This document shows positions 38,274 through 48,974 of a stretch of 64,000 nucleotides of DNA, one piece after another. The notes beneath the pieces are model-generated. The model saw nothing but the letters and a program-made list of their open reading frames with translations. It did not search any database and was not told where the DNA came from. The stretch's first letter is position 1. Each line of letters starts with the position of its first letter. The DNA is from an uncultured bacterium. Its GTDB lineage: Bacteria; Actinomycetota; Coriobacteriia; Coriobacteriales; Eggerthellaceae. Where the stretch lies: the NCBI GenBank assembly GCA_905215035.1, contig CAJMOJ010000002.1:4077-68076 (forward strand). The letters are read 5' to 3'. The translations under genes and the position numbers were made by a program.

Positions 38274-39530
38274 TTAGTCAAGGTAGTCACGATCAATCAT
38301 GACGTTATAACTAAACTGAGGATATGCTTCTTTCATCTTTTGAACGATCTCATTGCTAATGGCGCTATCATCTTCATTAAAATCAATCACCAAATCAAAG
38401 TTCACAACGTTAGCATCCGCATCAACGTAAAATCCATGAGTTTCCAAAATGCTCGGATGCTGAATGACCAATTTTTGAAGCATAGCATGAACAGGAGCGT
38501 ACTTTCCCGTTGTATTGGTTGCATAAATGCCTAACGTGATAATGATGCCAAATCTCTTATAGACATCTTCAGAAATTTGGCGCGTTAATTCAGAAATCAT
38601 ACACGCACTCATACTGTCTTCCACCTCAATATGAGCACTGCCAATAATCTCATTAGGACCAAAGTTGTCTAACATTAAATCATAAGCACCCAAAACCCCA
38701 TCATATGAAGTTATAAACTTCTTAAGTGCGCGTCCTAGCTCGTCATCACCGCGCTCTCCAATAATAGGACTCACAGCATCTTTGAGTACATCAAAGCCAG
38801 CTTTAAAAACAAACAGGGAAATAATAATGCCCACAATACCGTCAATATTAATGTTGAACCACAATGCCGCGAGCGCCGCTACAAGCGTACCACCGGTCAA
38901 AATAGCGTCATAATTAGAATCAACACCAGAACCATACAGAGCACCCGAGTCGTATTCCCTGCCCTTGCGCGTAAGATAGAGACCAATAAAAATCTTGGCG
39001 ATAATTGAAGCAATAATGACGATGAGGGTAATTGTTCCATAATCCGTAACGGCAGGGTGAATCACCTTATCAATAGACTCACGCATTGACATCACAGCAG
39101 CCGCCAAAATAATGAGCGCAATGACAAGAGATGTCATATACTCAACACGCCCATATCCAAACGGGTGTTTTCGATCCGCTCTTCGTCCTGCAAGCTTGGT
39201 GCCAATGATGGTAATAACCGAAGAAAGGACATCAGTTGCATTGTTAACAGCATCCAAAATAATAGCGATTGAATTTGCTGCAAATCCAACAATGCTTTTA
39301 AAGATGACCAAAATCACATTGCCAACAATACCTACGTAGCTTGCACGAACAATGCCCTGTTCACGCACTTTCTGGTCGTACGGAGAAGCGCTTGCATGTT
39401 TGACCGCCTGGTGTTTTCGCGCAACAAAATCTGCCAGTTTATCGGGCAAATCAACCATATAGTCATGCGTATGACTATGTTCCTTATGGCCCTTGTTGTT
39501 GTCCGTATTCTGTCTACACATAGCACTCAC
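38274..39530 (-). CDS. Cation diffusion facilitator family transporter
   Basis: SIAIILDAVNNATD, ADRKHPFGYGRVEY, duplicated C-terminal dimerisation-type region; start uncertain. Confidence 0.92.
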   Translation of the reverse strand: MSAMCRQNTDNNKGHKEHSHTHDYMVDLPDKLADFVARKHQAVKHASASPYDQKVREQGIVRASYVGIVGNVILVIFKSIVGFAANSIAIILDAVNNATDVLSSVITIIGTKLAGRRADRKHPFGYGRVEYMTSLVIALIILAAAVMSMRESIDKVIHPAVTDYGTITLIVIIASIIAKIFIGLYLTRKGREYDSGALYGSGVDSNYDAILTGGTLVAALAALWFNINIDGIVGIIISLFVFKAGFDVLKDAVSPIIGERGDDELGRALKKFITSYDGVLGAYDLMLDNFGPNEIIGSAHIEVEDSMSACMISELTRQISEDVYKRFGIIITLGIYATNTTGKYAPVHAMLQKLVIQHPSILETHGFYVDADANVVNFDLVIDFNEDDSAISNEIVQKMKEAYPQFSYNVMIDRDYLD

Positions 39531-39683
39531 GTCCCGCTACGTCTCTTCACCTCACGATCATAAAGCGCTTTGCTCACAATAGCGCTAGAACCGATAAATA
39601 ACGAGTTGATTGTAGGCAGAGCGTTGCCTATCTATTACCTTGCGATAAGGGTAAATAAAAAAGAATAGAGATGGAGGCGAGAT

Positions 39684-40586
39684 CTATGCAAGATAAGGCT
39701 CATCTGTCTCATCAATGCCTTGTATTGCAATACCAATAAGACCAGGACCGCCATGCGTGACAAGCACAGGACAGATCTCTTCTTCGTAAAGATCAACAAA
39801 ATCTGGTAGTTCTTCAGTAACGGTTGCGCAGAACTTTTTACATTCAACTTCTGCATTGCTATTTACAACAGCAATATTGTAGTGACGGAATCCCTCTACA
39901 CGCTTTTTGGCGAGTGCTAACATCTTTTTAAGCGACTGCTTGCGCCCCTTTGCTTTGACTACTGGCTCAAGCGCTCCTTCAGCATTAGAAGAAATAACGG
40001 GACGAACATCCAGCATGGAACCGAATGCATAACTTGCACTTGATAGGCGACCACCTTTATAAAGATACGTGAGCGTTTCCGTAGTGAAAAATGCTTTTGT
40101 GTTATCAATAATGCGCCCCATGCGAGCAATAATGTCTTCGAACGACAAACCCGCTTGCACTAATTTAGCAGCCGCAATGCCAATAAGGCCTGATCCCATT
40201 GCTAACGAACGAGAATCCAGCACCCGTGTTTCAAGTTCAGTAAAGCCTGTCGTAACACTGCGAAACAAATTAAACGTGCTTGAAATTGCACTCGCAATGG
40301 TAACAGCAATAACGTGCGTATAGCCATCCGCGTGAATTTGCTCGAGCGTTTTGAGCACCGAATCTGGTGTTGGCGTAGATGTTGAGGGAATCTCTTCGGG
40401 CATGCGGGCATAAATTTCCTGCGGCATGATATCCACACGATCCCGGTATGTTTCATGGGGATAATTGATCAGCAAAGGAACCACATAGATATTGCACGCC
40501 TCAACAACAGCGGCTGGAATATCACATGCGGAATCAACCATAATAGCAATGCGTTTTGACGAAGTATGTACTGATGCGCCCGACAC
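39684..40586 (-). CDS. DegV-family fatty-acid-binding protein
   Basis: DSACD, PSTSTP, DSRS, YLYKGGR, THGGPG. Confidence 0.93.
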   Translation of the reverse strand: MSGASVHTSSKRIAIMVDSACDIPAAVVEACNIYVVPLLINYPHETYRDRVDIMPQEIYARMPEEIPSTSTPTPDSVLKTLEQIHADGYTHVIAVTIASAISSTFNLFRSVTTGFTELETRVLDSRSLAMGSGLIGIAAAKLVQAGLSFEDIIARMGRIIDNTKAFFTTETLTYLYKGGRLSSASYAFGSMLDVRPVISSNAEGALEPVVKAKGRKQSLKKMLALAKKRVEGFRHYNIAVVNSNAEVECKKFCATVTEELPDFVDLYEEEICPVLVTHGGPGLIGIAIQGIDETDEPYLA

Positions 40587-40658
40587 TCGTATTAACTCCT
40601 CTGATTCAAATTGCGAGGATTTATTATACCGTGACTCATCACCATACCGTGCCTTGAT

Positions 40659-41936
40659 TTAAGAAGCATCCTGCGGAATAGGGGGCAGCTGAACATGAGC
40701 GGCCGTATAACGCAAATATCCCATTTGGATCCAACAACCCACACAATACATAGTGCATACCGTAGGAACAATCGTGAGACATCCTGGCAGCCAACAGATA
40801 AAAGTCAGAATTGCAGTAGCAACAAGCGCGCCTATATAGGGATGGTTTCCTTTGGAAAAATGAATACCAAGCGCAGCCCCCGCCAACGGAATTGCAAACA
40901 ACCAGGTGGTCACCATGATGATGCCAAGCAGAGCTGCAATAGGCAAGCCGACTACCGTAATAGAAAGAATGATAAGTACAAGAGGCATAACAAGAAACGC
41001 CAAGAATCCACTTAAACAAGAACGACCCATTCGATCACGCGTCATAATAGCCATTCGTTCGATGGGTTTGCGTCCAACCCACGTAAAGAGAGCTGTCAAG
41101 AGACTGTGCGAAGCCAAAGCAAAGAGCACCAATGCTATCCACATAAAAGACCCAAAGGGAAGCAAAGAGCTCAGGTCTGTTTGAAGTGCGAGGCCTGACG
41201 CGCTATCGCCTACCATTTCTTGCGTAGATCGTTTAACAATCTCTCCTACCGACGCACCTTCAGCAACCGTGAGATTAGCGTTTTCAGGAACACTTAGTTC
41301 TCCTGCAATCACTGCATTTTCTGTAAGCGTAATTGTCTCGGCATTGATGGTCACATCGCCTTCAATGGTTGCAGAAAAAATCACGTCATTACCACTGAGT
41401 GATGCTCCTAAATAGGTGCCTCCTGCTTTAATGGTTTTGCCTGCAACATAGAGCCCCTTTGCCGTCACATCTGAACCAGTTGTAATGTTCATGCCAGCGG
41501 CCGTGATATTATTCTCAACCTCAGTTTTAGTAATTGAAATGGTTTGCCCCGCAAGGCGCAATGATCCATTTATCGTAGTATCCGTAAATGAAAGACCATT
41601 ACCAGCAGCACAAGCACTTCCATTGCCTTGCGCGCCTACCGTAAGCCCCGAAGCTTGCAGGGTATCTCCCGCCCAATAAAAATCAGTACCAATCTCTTTG
41701 TTGGTTACGGGAGCATTAATGACAAACAAATTGCCCGTGTAATGATCATTGATTACTGATGAGCCTTTTGATTGTGTTTGACTACTAAACGCATCAGCAT
41801 GCGCACTCGCCGGAGCGCTGAATAGACCCAGCAAAAACACGCTCAAAATGACACTCAAAAATACCCCGCACACCCGTTGGCAAAACACGTGCTTAGCAGT
41901 ATGGGATCGAGAAACACACGCTGGTACTACTTGCAT
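40659..41936 (-). CDS. Membrane protein with an extracellular beta-solenoid (polymer-forming/bactofilin-like) repeat region
   Basis: Signal peptide, about 17-aa AG...I...I.G.V repeats, C-terminal TM bundle. Confidence 0.7.
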   Translation of the reverse strand: MQVVPACVSRSHTAKHVFCQRVCGVFLSVILSVFLLGLFSAPASAHADAFSSQTQSKGSSVINDHYTGNLFVINAPVTNKEIGTDFYWAGDTLQASGLTVGAQGNGSACAAGNGLSFTDTTINGSLRLAGQTISITKTEVENNITAAGMNITTGSDVTAKGLYVAGKTIKAGGTYLGASLSGNDVIFSATIEGDVTINAETITLTENAVIAGELSVPENANLTVAEGASVGEIVKRSTQEMVGDSASGLALQTDLSSLLPFGSFMWIALVLFALASHSLLTALFTWVGRKPIERMAIMTRDRMGRSCLSGFLAFLVMPLVLIILSITVVGLPIAALLGIIMVTTWLFAIPLAGAALGIHFSKGNHPYIGALVATAILTFICWLPGCLTIVPTVCTMYCVGCWIQMGYLRYTAAHVQLPPIPQDAS

Positions 41937-42016
41937 GAATAATCCTGTCTATGATCTTGTCGGTAACCTTATCGCAAATTATATCGAATGATTTTGTGCA
42001 ACTATGCCAGCTTTAC

Positions 42017-42115
42017 CCATCGGGACACATTGTATGCTGTTTCCATCGGAGCACGCTGCGTGCCATTTCCATCGGACACGTTATATGCAATTTCTATCGA
42101 GCGTGTTATATACAA
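42017..42115. repeat. About four degenerate 25-26 bp tandem units
   Basis: CCATCGG..CAC...TATGC..TTT-like units. Confidence 0.65.
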
Positions 42116-42140
42116 TGTGCTATACACCATTTATTAGGTG

Positions 42141-44855
42141 CTATTTACTGAGCGTGACCGAGTCAATCATGATTGTTTCCAGATAATCCTTATCAAGTGA
42201 ACAACCAATACCTGTCTCATACCCCTTTGGGTTCAAGAGCAGCTCCCCGTTGTTACACTCAAGCGCAGGATAGGCACAATCATGCTCAAAATACTCTGAA
42301 TAATCAGCAAGATCGCCCGGCAAATCCACACCCGCAAGCGTTTCAAATGCAGCATACGTACGCTTAGAAACACCCGTATCAAACATGCCGCCCATCCAAA
42401 CTTGGAATCCTTGCTCTTCAGCAAAGTTCACAAAATCAAGAGAGGGTTGAATGCCGCCAAATTTAGAAATCTTCACGGCATAACAGCGTAAGTTTTCATA
42501 TTCGAGCGATTCCATCATTTCTTGTGCGCTCACTACTGACTCATCTAAACAGATGGGTGTCGTAAGTGTCTCTTGCAATGTAGAAAGACGATCGAATAAA
42601 CTACGCTGGCCTGATTGAGGAACATAGTCAGGATCCAATGGCTCTTCTAAACAGGCAATAGCAAGACGATCTAACTTATACAGCGCGTCAAGCTGCGACT
42701 CATTAAATGATTGATTTGCGTCAAGGAAAATAGTGAGATCAGGATAGCGCTCACGAACTGCGCGTATTTTATCAACCGCTGAATTAGGTTCAATCTTGAT
42801 TTTTACACGCTCATATCCCTGAGCAACCGCTGCATCAACAGCAGCAAGCGTTTCTTCGGTATCCATAATCCCAATAACAACGCCACCCAGTACGCGCTCG
42901 AGTGGAGCACCGCCTATTAACGCACGAAGTGGCTTAGCGACTACCTTGCCATAGAGATCCCAGACCGCACACTCAACCGCGGATTTTGCCTGCGGAAAGT
43001 CCGCAATATCAGGAAACGTTGCAAAAGAACGTGATACTTCGGACGGATGCAAGTAGCGCTCGCTCATGACAATCTCGGCAATGTCATCGCGTACTACCAC
43101 GTAATCTTCTTCCAAGGTCTCTGGCAAATACCAGTTTGTAGTAAACGAAACACATTCACCAATACCAGTACGTCCCGTCCAGTCACGAACTTCCACAAAG
43201 AACGATTCTCGAGTATCAACAACACCTTTTGCTGTGGTGACCGGATGCGTAAAGTTTTGGCGAACCCGATACAGTGATACTGATTTTATGTCGATGCGCC
43301 TGTCGTAGCGCTGACGCAATTCTTGGGTATTGACTTTATTGGCTACCGTACGCGGAAATTCATCCATCACTAAAATGTGTTTGGGGTGATGCAAACTTGA
43401 CATACGATCAGCGAGATACGCGTGAATATTGCGCGCAAATTCCTGCGGACATGAAGCGGCTTTAATACCGGTATCTTCAGGATAGAGCCAAGAATCTTTA
43501 TGATCACGATCAATTGCTTCTGCTGAATAATCCGCCTCGATGAAAGCGACCGGACGATAGCCCCACTCTTCATCAGCAGTGCCAAAAACATAGGCATCTT
43601 TAACGCCAGGAATACGTAAGAGCTCCTCACGGATTTCTTCAGGATAGATATTTTCTCCCCCTGAAACAATAAGATCATGTACCCGCTCAAACACATGAAG
43701 TAATCCGTCGCTATCAATCATAGCGCGATCGCCCGTGACAAACCACTCATCAAGCGTAAAGGCAGCACGTGCATTCAGATACCCCGCAAACACGCCAGGA
43801 CCTTTAACGTGAAGAGCGCCTACGCCTTTTTCATCAGGGCGCATAATATTGACGCGATAACCCTGCAAAAGCTCAAGTCCACCATCAAAAGAACGCGTCA
43901 CACGAGAACAAGCAATCATGGAGCTTGTTTCAGTCATGCCATAACTTGCATACACCCGTGCCTTGGCACGCAGTGCCTTTTTGACCGTCTTATCATTGAG
44001 CGCAGAACCGCCTAATAAAATACATGTGTACTGAGAGATGATCTTATCTTTGTCGTTTTCTAAGAGATCACGCAAGATCTTATCGACCACAGAGATATGC
44101 GTTACCTTAAAGGTCAATACATCATTTAAGATGCTCTGAACCGAATAGCGTTTATACAAAATAAAAGGATTGCCATTCAACAAGCAGCGCACCACAATTT
44201 CAAGACCGCCCACATGGCACAAGGGAAGAACCAATTGCCATACACCCTTGCGCGGAACAAGCAAACGTTCATTTGCAGCAATCGCCGCCCCCATCAGATC
44301 CTTCCATAGCAACTTTGCTGCCTTAGGAGTACCTGAGGTACCTGAGGTAAACATGATGACACCACAAGAAGAGGGGTTATACGACTCTTCTTGCTCATGA
44401 GCAAAGTCGAGAATGCTCATAGTATAAGAATTGACTGGAATCTGCCCATCGCCCAAACGAGAAAGCTCTAAAAGCTCCATTCCTAATGATTCAACGAGCG
44501 CGTTTTTAAGCGCTTGTTCAGTAACGACTGGGATATCCTTTTGGTGCGTTGCCGTTTCAAGTTCCATCATGCGTACGTTACGCTCATCATCTGACAAACG
44601 AGGATTGAGTACCACCAAACTAAATCCAGCATAAGCGCTTGCAAGAGCCATAATGACAAACTCAGCACAATTATACGAGTTAACCGCAAGGTATGTTCCT
44701 GCTTGATAACCCTGACGAATGAGCCCGCGTGCAAGTGCGGCAGAAGCAAGGCGCACCTGTCGATACGACAATCGCATGGTGCCAGATTCCAGCTGTGTGT
44801 AGAACATAGGTTGCGAACCATGCTCTTGGGCATACAGGGCCAATGTTTTAATCAC
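42141..44855 (-). CDS. menE-menC: Fused OSB-CoA ligase (MenE) and o-succinylbenzoate synthase (MenC)
   Basis: AMP-binding FTSGTSGTPK, YGMTET, TGD, SGGENIYP; enolase-superfamily KIKI, DANQ, EEP, LDES. Confidence 0.9.
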   Translation of the reverse strand: MIKTLALYAQEHGSQPMFYTQLESGTMRLSYRQVRLASAALARGLIRQGYQAGTYLAVNSYNCAEFVIMALASAYAGFSLVVLNPRLSDDERNVRMMELETATHQKDIPVVTEQALKNALVESLGMELLELSRLGDGQIPVNSYTMSILDFAHEQEESYNPSSCGVIMFTSGTSGTPKAAKLLWKDLMGAAIAANERLLVPRKGVWQLVLPLCHVGGLEIVVRCLLNGNPFILYKRYSVQSILNDVLTFKVTHISVVDKILRDLLENDKDKIISQYTCILLGGSALNDKTVKKALRAKARVYASYGMTETSSMIACSRVTRSFDGGLELLQGYRVNIMRPDEKGVGALHVKGPGVFAGYLNARAAFTLDEWFVTGDRAMIDSDGLLHVFERVHDLIVSGGENIYPEEIREELLRIPGVKDAYVFGTADEEWGYRPVAFIEADYSAEAIDRDHKDSWLYPEDTGIKAASCPQEFARNIHAYLADRMSSLHHPKHILVMDEFPRTVANKVNTQELRQRYDRRIDIKSVSLYRVRQNFTHPVTTAKGVVDTRESFFVEVRDWTGRTGIGECVSFTTNWYLPETLEEDYVVVRDDIAEIVMSERYLHPSEVSRSFATFPDIADFPQAKSAVECAVWDLYGKVVAKPLRALIGGAPLERVLGGVVIGIMDTEETLAAVDAAVAQGYERVKIKIEPNSAVDKIRAVRERYPDLTIFLDANQSFNESQLDALYKLDRLAIACLEEPLDPDYVPQSGQRSLFDRLSTLQETLTTPICLDESVVSAQEMMESLEYENLRCYAVKISKFGGIQPSLDFVNFAEEQGFQVWMGGMFDTGVSKRTYAAFETLAGVDLPGDLADYSEYFEHDCAYPALECNNGELLLNPKGYETGIGCSLDKDYLETIMIDSVTLSK

Positions 44856-45052
44856 GAATCAAACTCCTTGCGATACATGCCTTACCATACCTGCTTACCG
44901 TAATCGATGAACAGCGCATGGTTATTAGCTCTTCTTGTCTGTTGATAAGAAGGCAACAAAATACAACAGTACTGTTAAGCTATCATGCCTTATCAAGCAT
45001 TATTTATGCCTCACTGCTGCCAGCCTATCCCAACGAATAGTTTTACCAAACA

Positions 45053-46849
45053 TCAGGGAAATTTAGGGAATTTGCTAAAGTCAGGATCACGCTTTTCTTT
45101 GAACGCGTCACGACCCTCCATAGCTTCTTCGGTTGTGTAGTAGAGCAAGGTGGCATCCCCACCAAATTGTTGTAAGCCAGCCAACCCATCCGTAGCAGCA
45201 TTAAATGATGCTTTCATAAAACGCAGCGCTGTCGCTGAATGTTTCAAGATCTCACGACACCATGAAACCGTCTCAGCCTCCAAGTCATCAAAAGGAACAA
45301 CCGCATTAACCATTCCCATATCAAGTGCCTCTTGCGCACTGTATTGACGACACAAATACCAAATCTCACGTGCTTTTTTCTGCCCCACAATAGCAGCTAA
45401 ATAACCCGCACCATATCCCGCATCGAAACTGCCTACCTTAGGACCTGTCTGTCCAAACTTAGCAGTATCAGCGGCAATGGTGAGATCGCACAGAATTTGC
45501 AAGATATTACCGCCGCCGATTGAATAGCCATTGCACATGCAAATCACTGGCTTAGGGATTACACGAATCAAACGCTGCACATCTAAAATATTTAAACGAG
45601 GAATACTGTCAGCACCAACATAACCACCGTTACCGCGCACCTTTTGGTCACCGCCAGAACAAAATGCCTCATCCTCATGGCGACCACCATGATTTGCTCC
45701 TGTCAAAATAATGACACCAATAGAAGCATCATCACGCGCTACACTAAATGCGTCATAGAGCTCCATAGCAGTGAGCGGTGTAAATGCATTACGACGCTCG
45801 GGACGATTGATGGTAATTTTAGCAATCCCATCAAGTGTCTGATATATGATCTCTTGATAGTCCTTACCGTTTACCCAGGGGAATTGACTCATTTCATTCC
45901 TTCCCTTTGATGACAGAGACGAACCCTGCTTGTTGCTTAAATCTTCTGGATATAAATCAACTTCTTTAAGAAAGGTTGTTACCACCGCAACAAGTTCATC
46001 GCACGCTTCTACATGCACATTGTGTCCCGCCTCAGGAATCACTGCATAATTAGTGACGCCAGGTTTATCGCGCTTGAACAGGTCTGCCATGGCCAACTTT
46101 CGCACCATTTCAGAATAGCGTACATCAGCGCCGCCTGCTAGGAAAAGCGTCGGCAGATTAAGCTCATCAAGAGCTGGACGCATATTTTCCATACGATATT
46201 GACCTGCTTGCGATAAACAAAGTGCCAAGGCGATGGGGTTATTAGCAAGACGCTCTTCTCGTAAGGCCACCCGAAGAACTTCGGGCAGAGCACGCTGGGT
46301 TTCAAATAACGGCAACTGCTCCCAAAAATCAACAAACGCCTCCATACCCTCTTGCAAGCGATCAATGTGCGCACGCACCTTATCCGCCATAACAAGGCGC
46401 TCTTCTTCATCTTCAGGACCAAGACCAGCAGACTCAAGCAGAAGTGCAGAAAAGCAACCGGGATAGGTCGTTGCTGCAATTTCTGCAATACGACCGCCCA
46501 TTGAATACCCGTACAGAATGGGTTTTGTTTGATTGCCGCGTGCCTGCAAGGCAGCAACAATCGTTAATACTTGATCAAGAGCACCTTCGAACGTAAAGGC
46601 ACGCTCATCAAGCGAAGCCAAAGTGGTTTTGCCGTGTCCTACCAAATCCGGTGCTACCACATAAAACACATCGGCAAACTGCTGCGCAAACGCTTCCCAG
46701 CTTGCTCCTGTTTGCATAAATCCATGCAAAAGAATGAGGGGTGGATTATCAGGATCTCCCCATGCATATACGTGTGTTGTCACGGCAACATCGGCCGCAA
46801 TCCCTTCAACACGCCATTCTTGCCTTGTCTGCGAACATGATTGAGACAC
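45053..46849 (-). CDS. menH-menB: In-frame MenH (SHCHC synthase) plus MenB (DHNA-CoA synthase); MenB has its own ATG at 45892
   Basis: LHGF, GYSMGG, AGHNVH; then [34 protein letters not shown]. Confidence 0.9.
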   Translation of the reverse strand: MSQSCSQTRQEWRVEGIAADVAVTTHVYAWGDPDNPPLILLHGFMQTGASWEAFAQQFADVFYVVAPDLVGHGKTTLASLDERAFTFEGALDQVLTIVAALQARGNQTKPILYGYSMGGRIAEIAATTYPGCFSALLLESAGLGPEDEEERLVMADKVRAHIDRLQEGMEAFVDFWEQLPLFETQRALPEVLRVALREERLANNPIALALCLSQAGQYRMENMRPALDELNLPTLFLAGGADVRYSEMVRKLAMADLFKRDKPGVTNYAVIPEAGHNVHVEACDELVAVVTTFLKEVDLYPEDLSNKQGSSLSSKGRNEMSQFPWVNGKDYQEIIYQTLDGIAKITINRPERRNAFTPLTAMELYDAFSVARDDASIGVIILTGANHGGRHEDEAFCSGGDQKVRGNGGYVGADSIPRLNILDVQRLIRVIPKPVICMCNGYSIGGGNILQILCDLTIAADTAKFGQTGPKVGSFDAGYGAGYLAAIVGQKKAREIWYLCRQYSAQEALDMGMVNAVVPFDDLEAETVSWCREILKHSATALRFMKASFNAATDGLAGLQQFGGDATLLYYTTEEAMEGRDAFKEKRDPDFSKFPKFP

Positions 46850-46885
46850 GTGTCTAATTCTCCTTCCCTTTCTTTACGGTATCGA

Positions 46886-47040
46886 TGCTGTATGTGTCCT
46901 GCGCTTGTATGCTTCCTGCGTTGTATATTTCCTGTGCTACTTGCTTTTGTGTTGCTTACTTTTGTGTTGCTTGTTTCTGTACTGCATACTTTCCGTACTA
47001 CATACTTTCGCATCGCTTACTTCTGTACTGCATAGTTCCT
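46886..47040. repeat. About ten degenerate 15-16 bp tandem units between menD and menH
   Basis: Units such as TTTTGTGTTGCTTAC and TTCTGTACTGCATAC. Confidence 0.7.
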
Positions 47041-47054
47041 ACAGGGCGCATCTT

Positions 47055-48833
47055 CTACAGCCGATATGTCCCATAGCGATCGGTTACTCCTTCAAGCGGG
47101 AGCGCAATTTCAAGCAAACTTATACCAGGGTGCGCATAGCTTTTTTCAAGCGCCCCATAACATTCAGCTGCTGAGCCTACTCGCGTATAATCAAGCGCAA
47201 AGGTATGCGCAGCAGCCTCAAAATTAGTAGCATGAGGTGTTAAAAACAAACGTTCAAAATATGCTTCATCTGATTTTTGTGGAAGCATGTCAAAAATTGC
47301 TCCCCCCTGATTATTTAAAAGCACAATTGTCACTTGCACCGGCTTTGCTTCTGCGCAGACGCTGCGCCGCTCAAACTCTGCTTGAAGTGCAAGAGCATTC
47401 AAATCATGTAAGAGCGACAAATCTCCAATAACAAGAGTTGTATGATCAAACGCTTGCGCTGCACCCAGTGCAGAACTCACTGTCCCATCGATGCCATTGA
47501 GACCGCGGTTTGCCAATAAGGTTATTTGCTTATCATCGCGACCGGTATAGAACATATCAAAAGCACGAATTGTCATTGAATTTGCGCTGAAAATAAGCGA
47601 ATCTGCGGGTGCAGCATCAAGAATTGCCCTGATGTAGGTTCCCTCAAAATCAGCGGCTCCCGTAGTCCGCACCGCATCAAGTTTTTCTTGCGCTTGGATC
47701 TGACGCAAGGACCACGCATGGAGTGCTTCACCACGATGAGATCCCTGAGGAGAATCAGGCAAAGATGCAGTGTCTAAGAGCGATGAGACAAACGAGGCTG
47801 GCGTCACGGGAATAAACACAGCCGTCTGCGCGTTGAAATCGCGCGTCGCAAAAGGATCAACCACTATTTGCGGATGCGCATGCTCTTCCAAATACCGCGT
47901 CACTGACTTTGATACGGGATATCGTCCAAATCTAATAACCGTATCAAAATCAGGAAGCGTGCCACCTGCAAACAGCGTATCAGCCGTCGTAATGACTGAA
48001 GGATGGCTGTAGGAGCGCAGATTTGAAAGAGGATCAGCAATCAGTGGCGCATCAAGATATTCTGCTAACGCAAACAAACATGCTGCTTCAATATCTTGTT
48101 CTTCAGGAGAGATATGTTCAGAAAATGTCTTTTCACCGCAAAGAATAAGAGGGTGTCTTGTAGCAAGCCAATCGATTAGCTCACGCGCCTGCTCCTCTTC
48201 AAGCTCAGGATGTGCCGAGCAAAGTGGTGGCAGTGGTGTTGTGATGCGCCCTATACTAAAAAGCTCTTCCACTAACAGGTCAGGTTTTAGTGGCTCATCA
48301 AAAGGAAAATTCACATGAGCCGGCCCTCGTGAAACTCCTGATGCGCCAACCGCAATACAAACTTCGCGTGCAATTTGACGTGCGTAGGCAATGTGCTCAA
48401 CGTCAGCATCTGGTTCAGGCATGTTCCAAAATCCTTGAACATGATCAGAAAATGTCTTTAGCTGATCAAACGTTTGCGGTGCACCTAATTGTTGTAATCG
48501 TGTTGGTCGGTCACCCGACAACACAATAAGGGGGATACGCGATGACTCTGCCTCAACAACAGCAGGGTAATAATTGGCAAGTGCGGTTCCTGAGGTACAA
48601 ATAACTGCGACAGGTTTTTGTTTTGCACGTGCTAGGCCAAGCGCAAAAAATGCAGCCCCACGCTCATCAATATCAACATACAGTGACATATCAGAAGCAT
48701 GCGCCACCATAGCAAGTGCTGTTGAACGAGACCCCGGACTCACTACGACATCTTCAACGCCACATCGCATAAGTTCATCAAAAAAAGCAGACACATACAG
48801 CGCTGTTGCTTGGGCATGGCTCCTTTGTGTCAT
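47055..48833 (-). CDS. menD: SEPHCHC synthase
   Basis: SPGSRST, DERGAAFFALG, CTSGTA, ANRGLNGIDG, GDLSLLHDLN..NNQGGAIF. Confidence 0.95.
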   Translation of the reverse strand: MTQRSHAQATALYVSAFFDELMRCGVEDVVVSPGSRSTALAMVAHASDMSLYVDIDERGAAFFALGLARAKQKPVAVICTSGTALANYYPAVVEAESSRIPLIVLSGDRPTRLQQLGAPQTFDQLKTFSDHVQGFWNMPEPDADVEHIAYARQIAREVCIAVGASGVSRGPAHVNFPFDEPLKPDLLVEELFSIGRITTPLPPLCSAHPELEEEQARELIDWLATRHPLILCGEKTFSEHISPEEQDIEAACLFALAEYLDAPLIADPLSNLRSYSHPSVITTADTLFAGGTLPDFDTVIRFGRYPVSKSVTRYLEEHAHPQIVVDPFATRDFNAQTAVFIPVTPASFVSSLLDTASLPDSPQGSHRGEALHAWSLRQIQAQEKLDAVRTTGAADFEGTYIRAILDAAPADSLIFSANSMTIRAFDMFYTGRDDKQITLLANRGLNGIDGTVSSALGAAQAFDHTTLVIGDLSLLHDLNALALQAEFERRSVCAEAKPVQVTIVLLNNQGGAIFDMLPQKSDEAYFERLFLTPHATNFEAAAHTFALDYTRVGSAAECYGALEKSYAHPGISLLEIALPLEGVTDRYGTYRL

Positions 48834-48974
48834 AACTACGATCCTCTTTCCGTATCCTTTTATATTTCACGCCATACATCGTGTTCCTGACGGTGCTTTA
48901 ACAACGTCCTTAACAACATCTATAAAATCTCCGCAGCTACTTCAGAACTTACGAATCAAACGTAGGGTTTCTCT

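Noticed and set aside
42017..42115. Mini-CRISPR array (also considered for 46886-47040 and 59436-59570)
   Set aside because: Units are adjacent and degenerate with no unique spacers; no cas genes in the window.
46780..47174. Several short ORFs over the menD-menH gap
   Set aside because: They arise from stop-poor low-complexity repeats.
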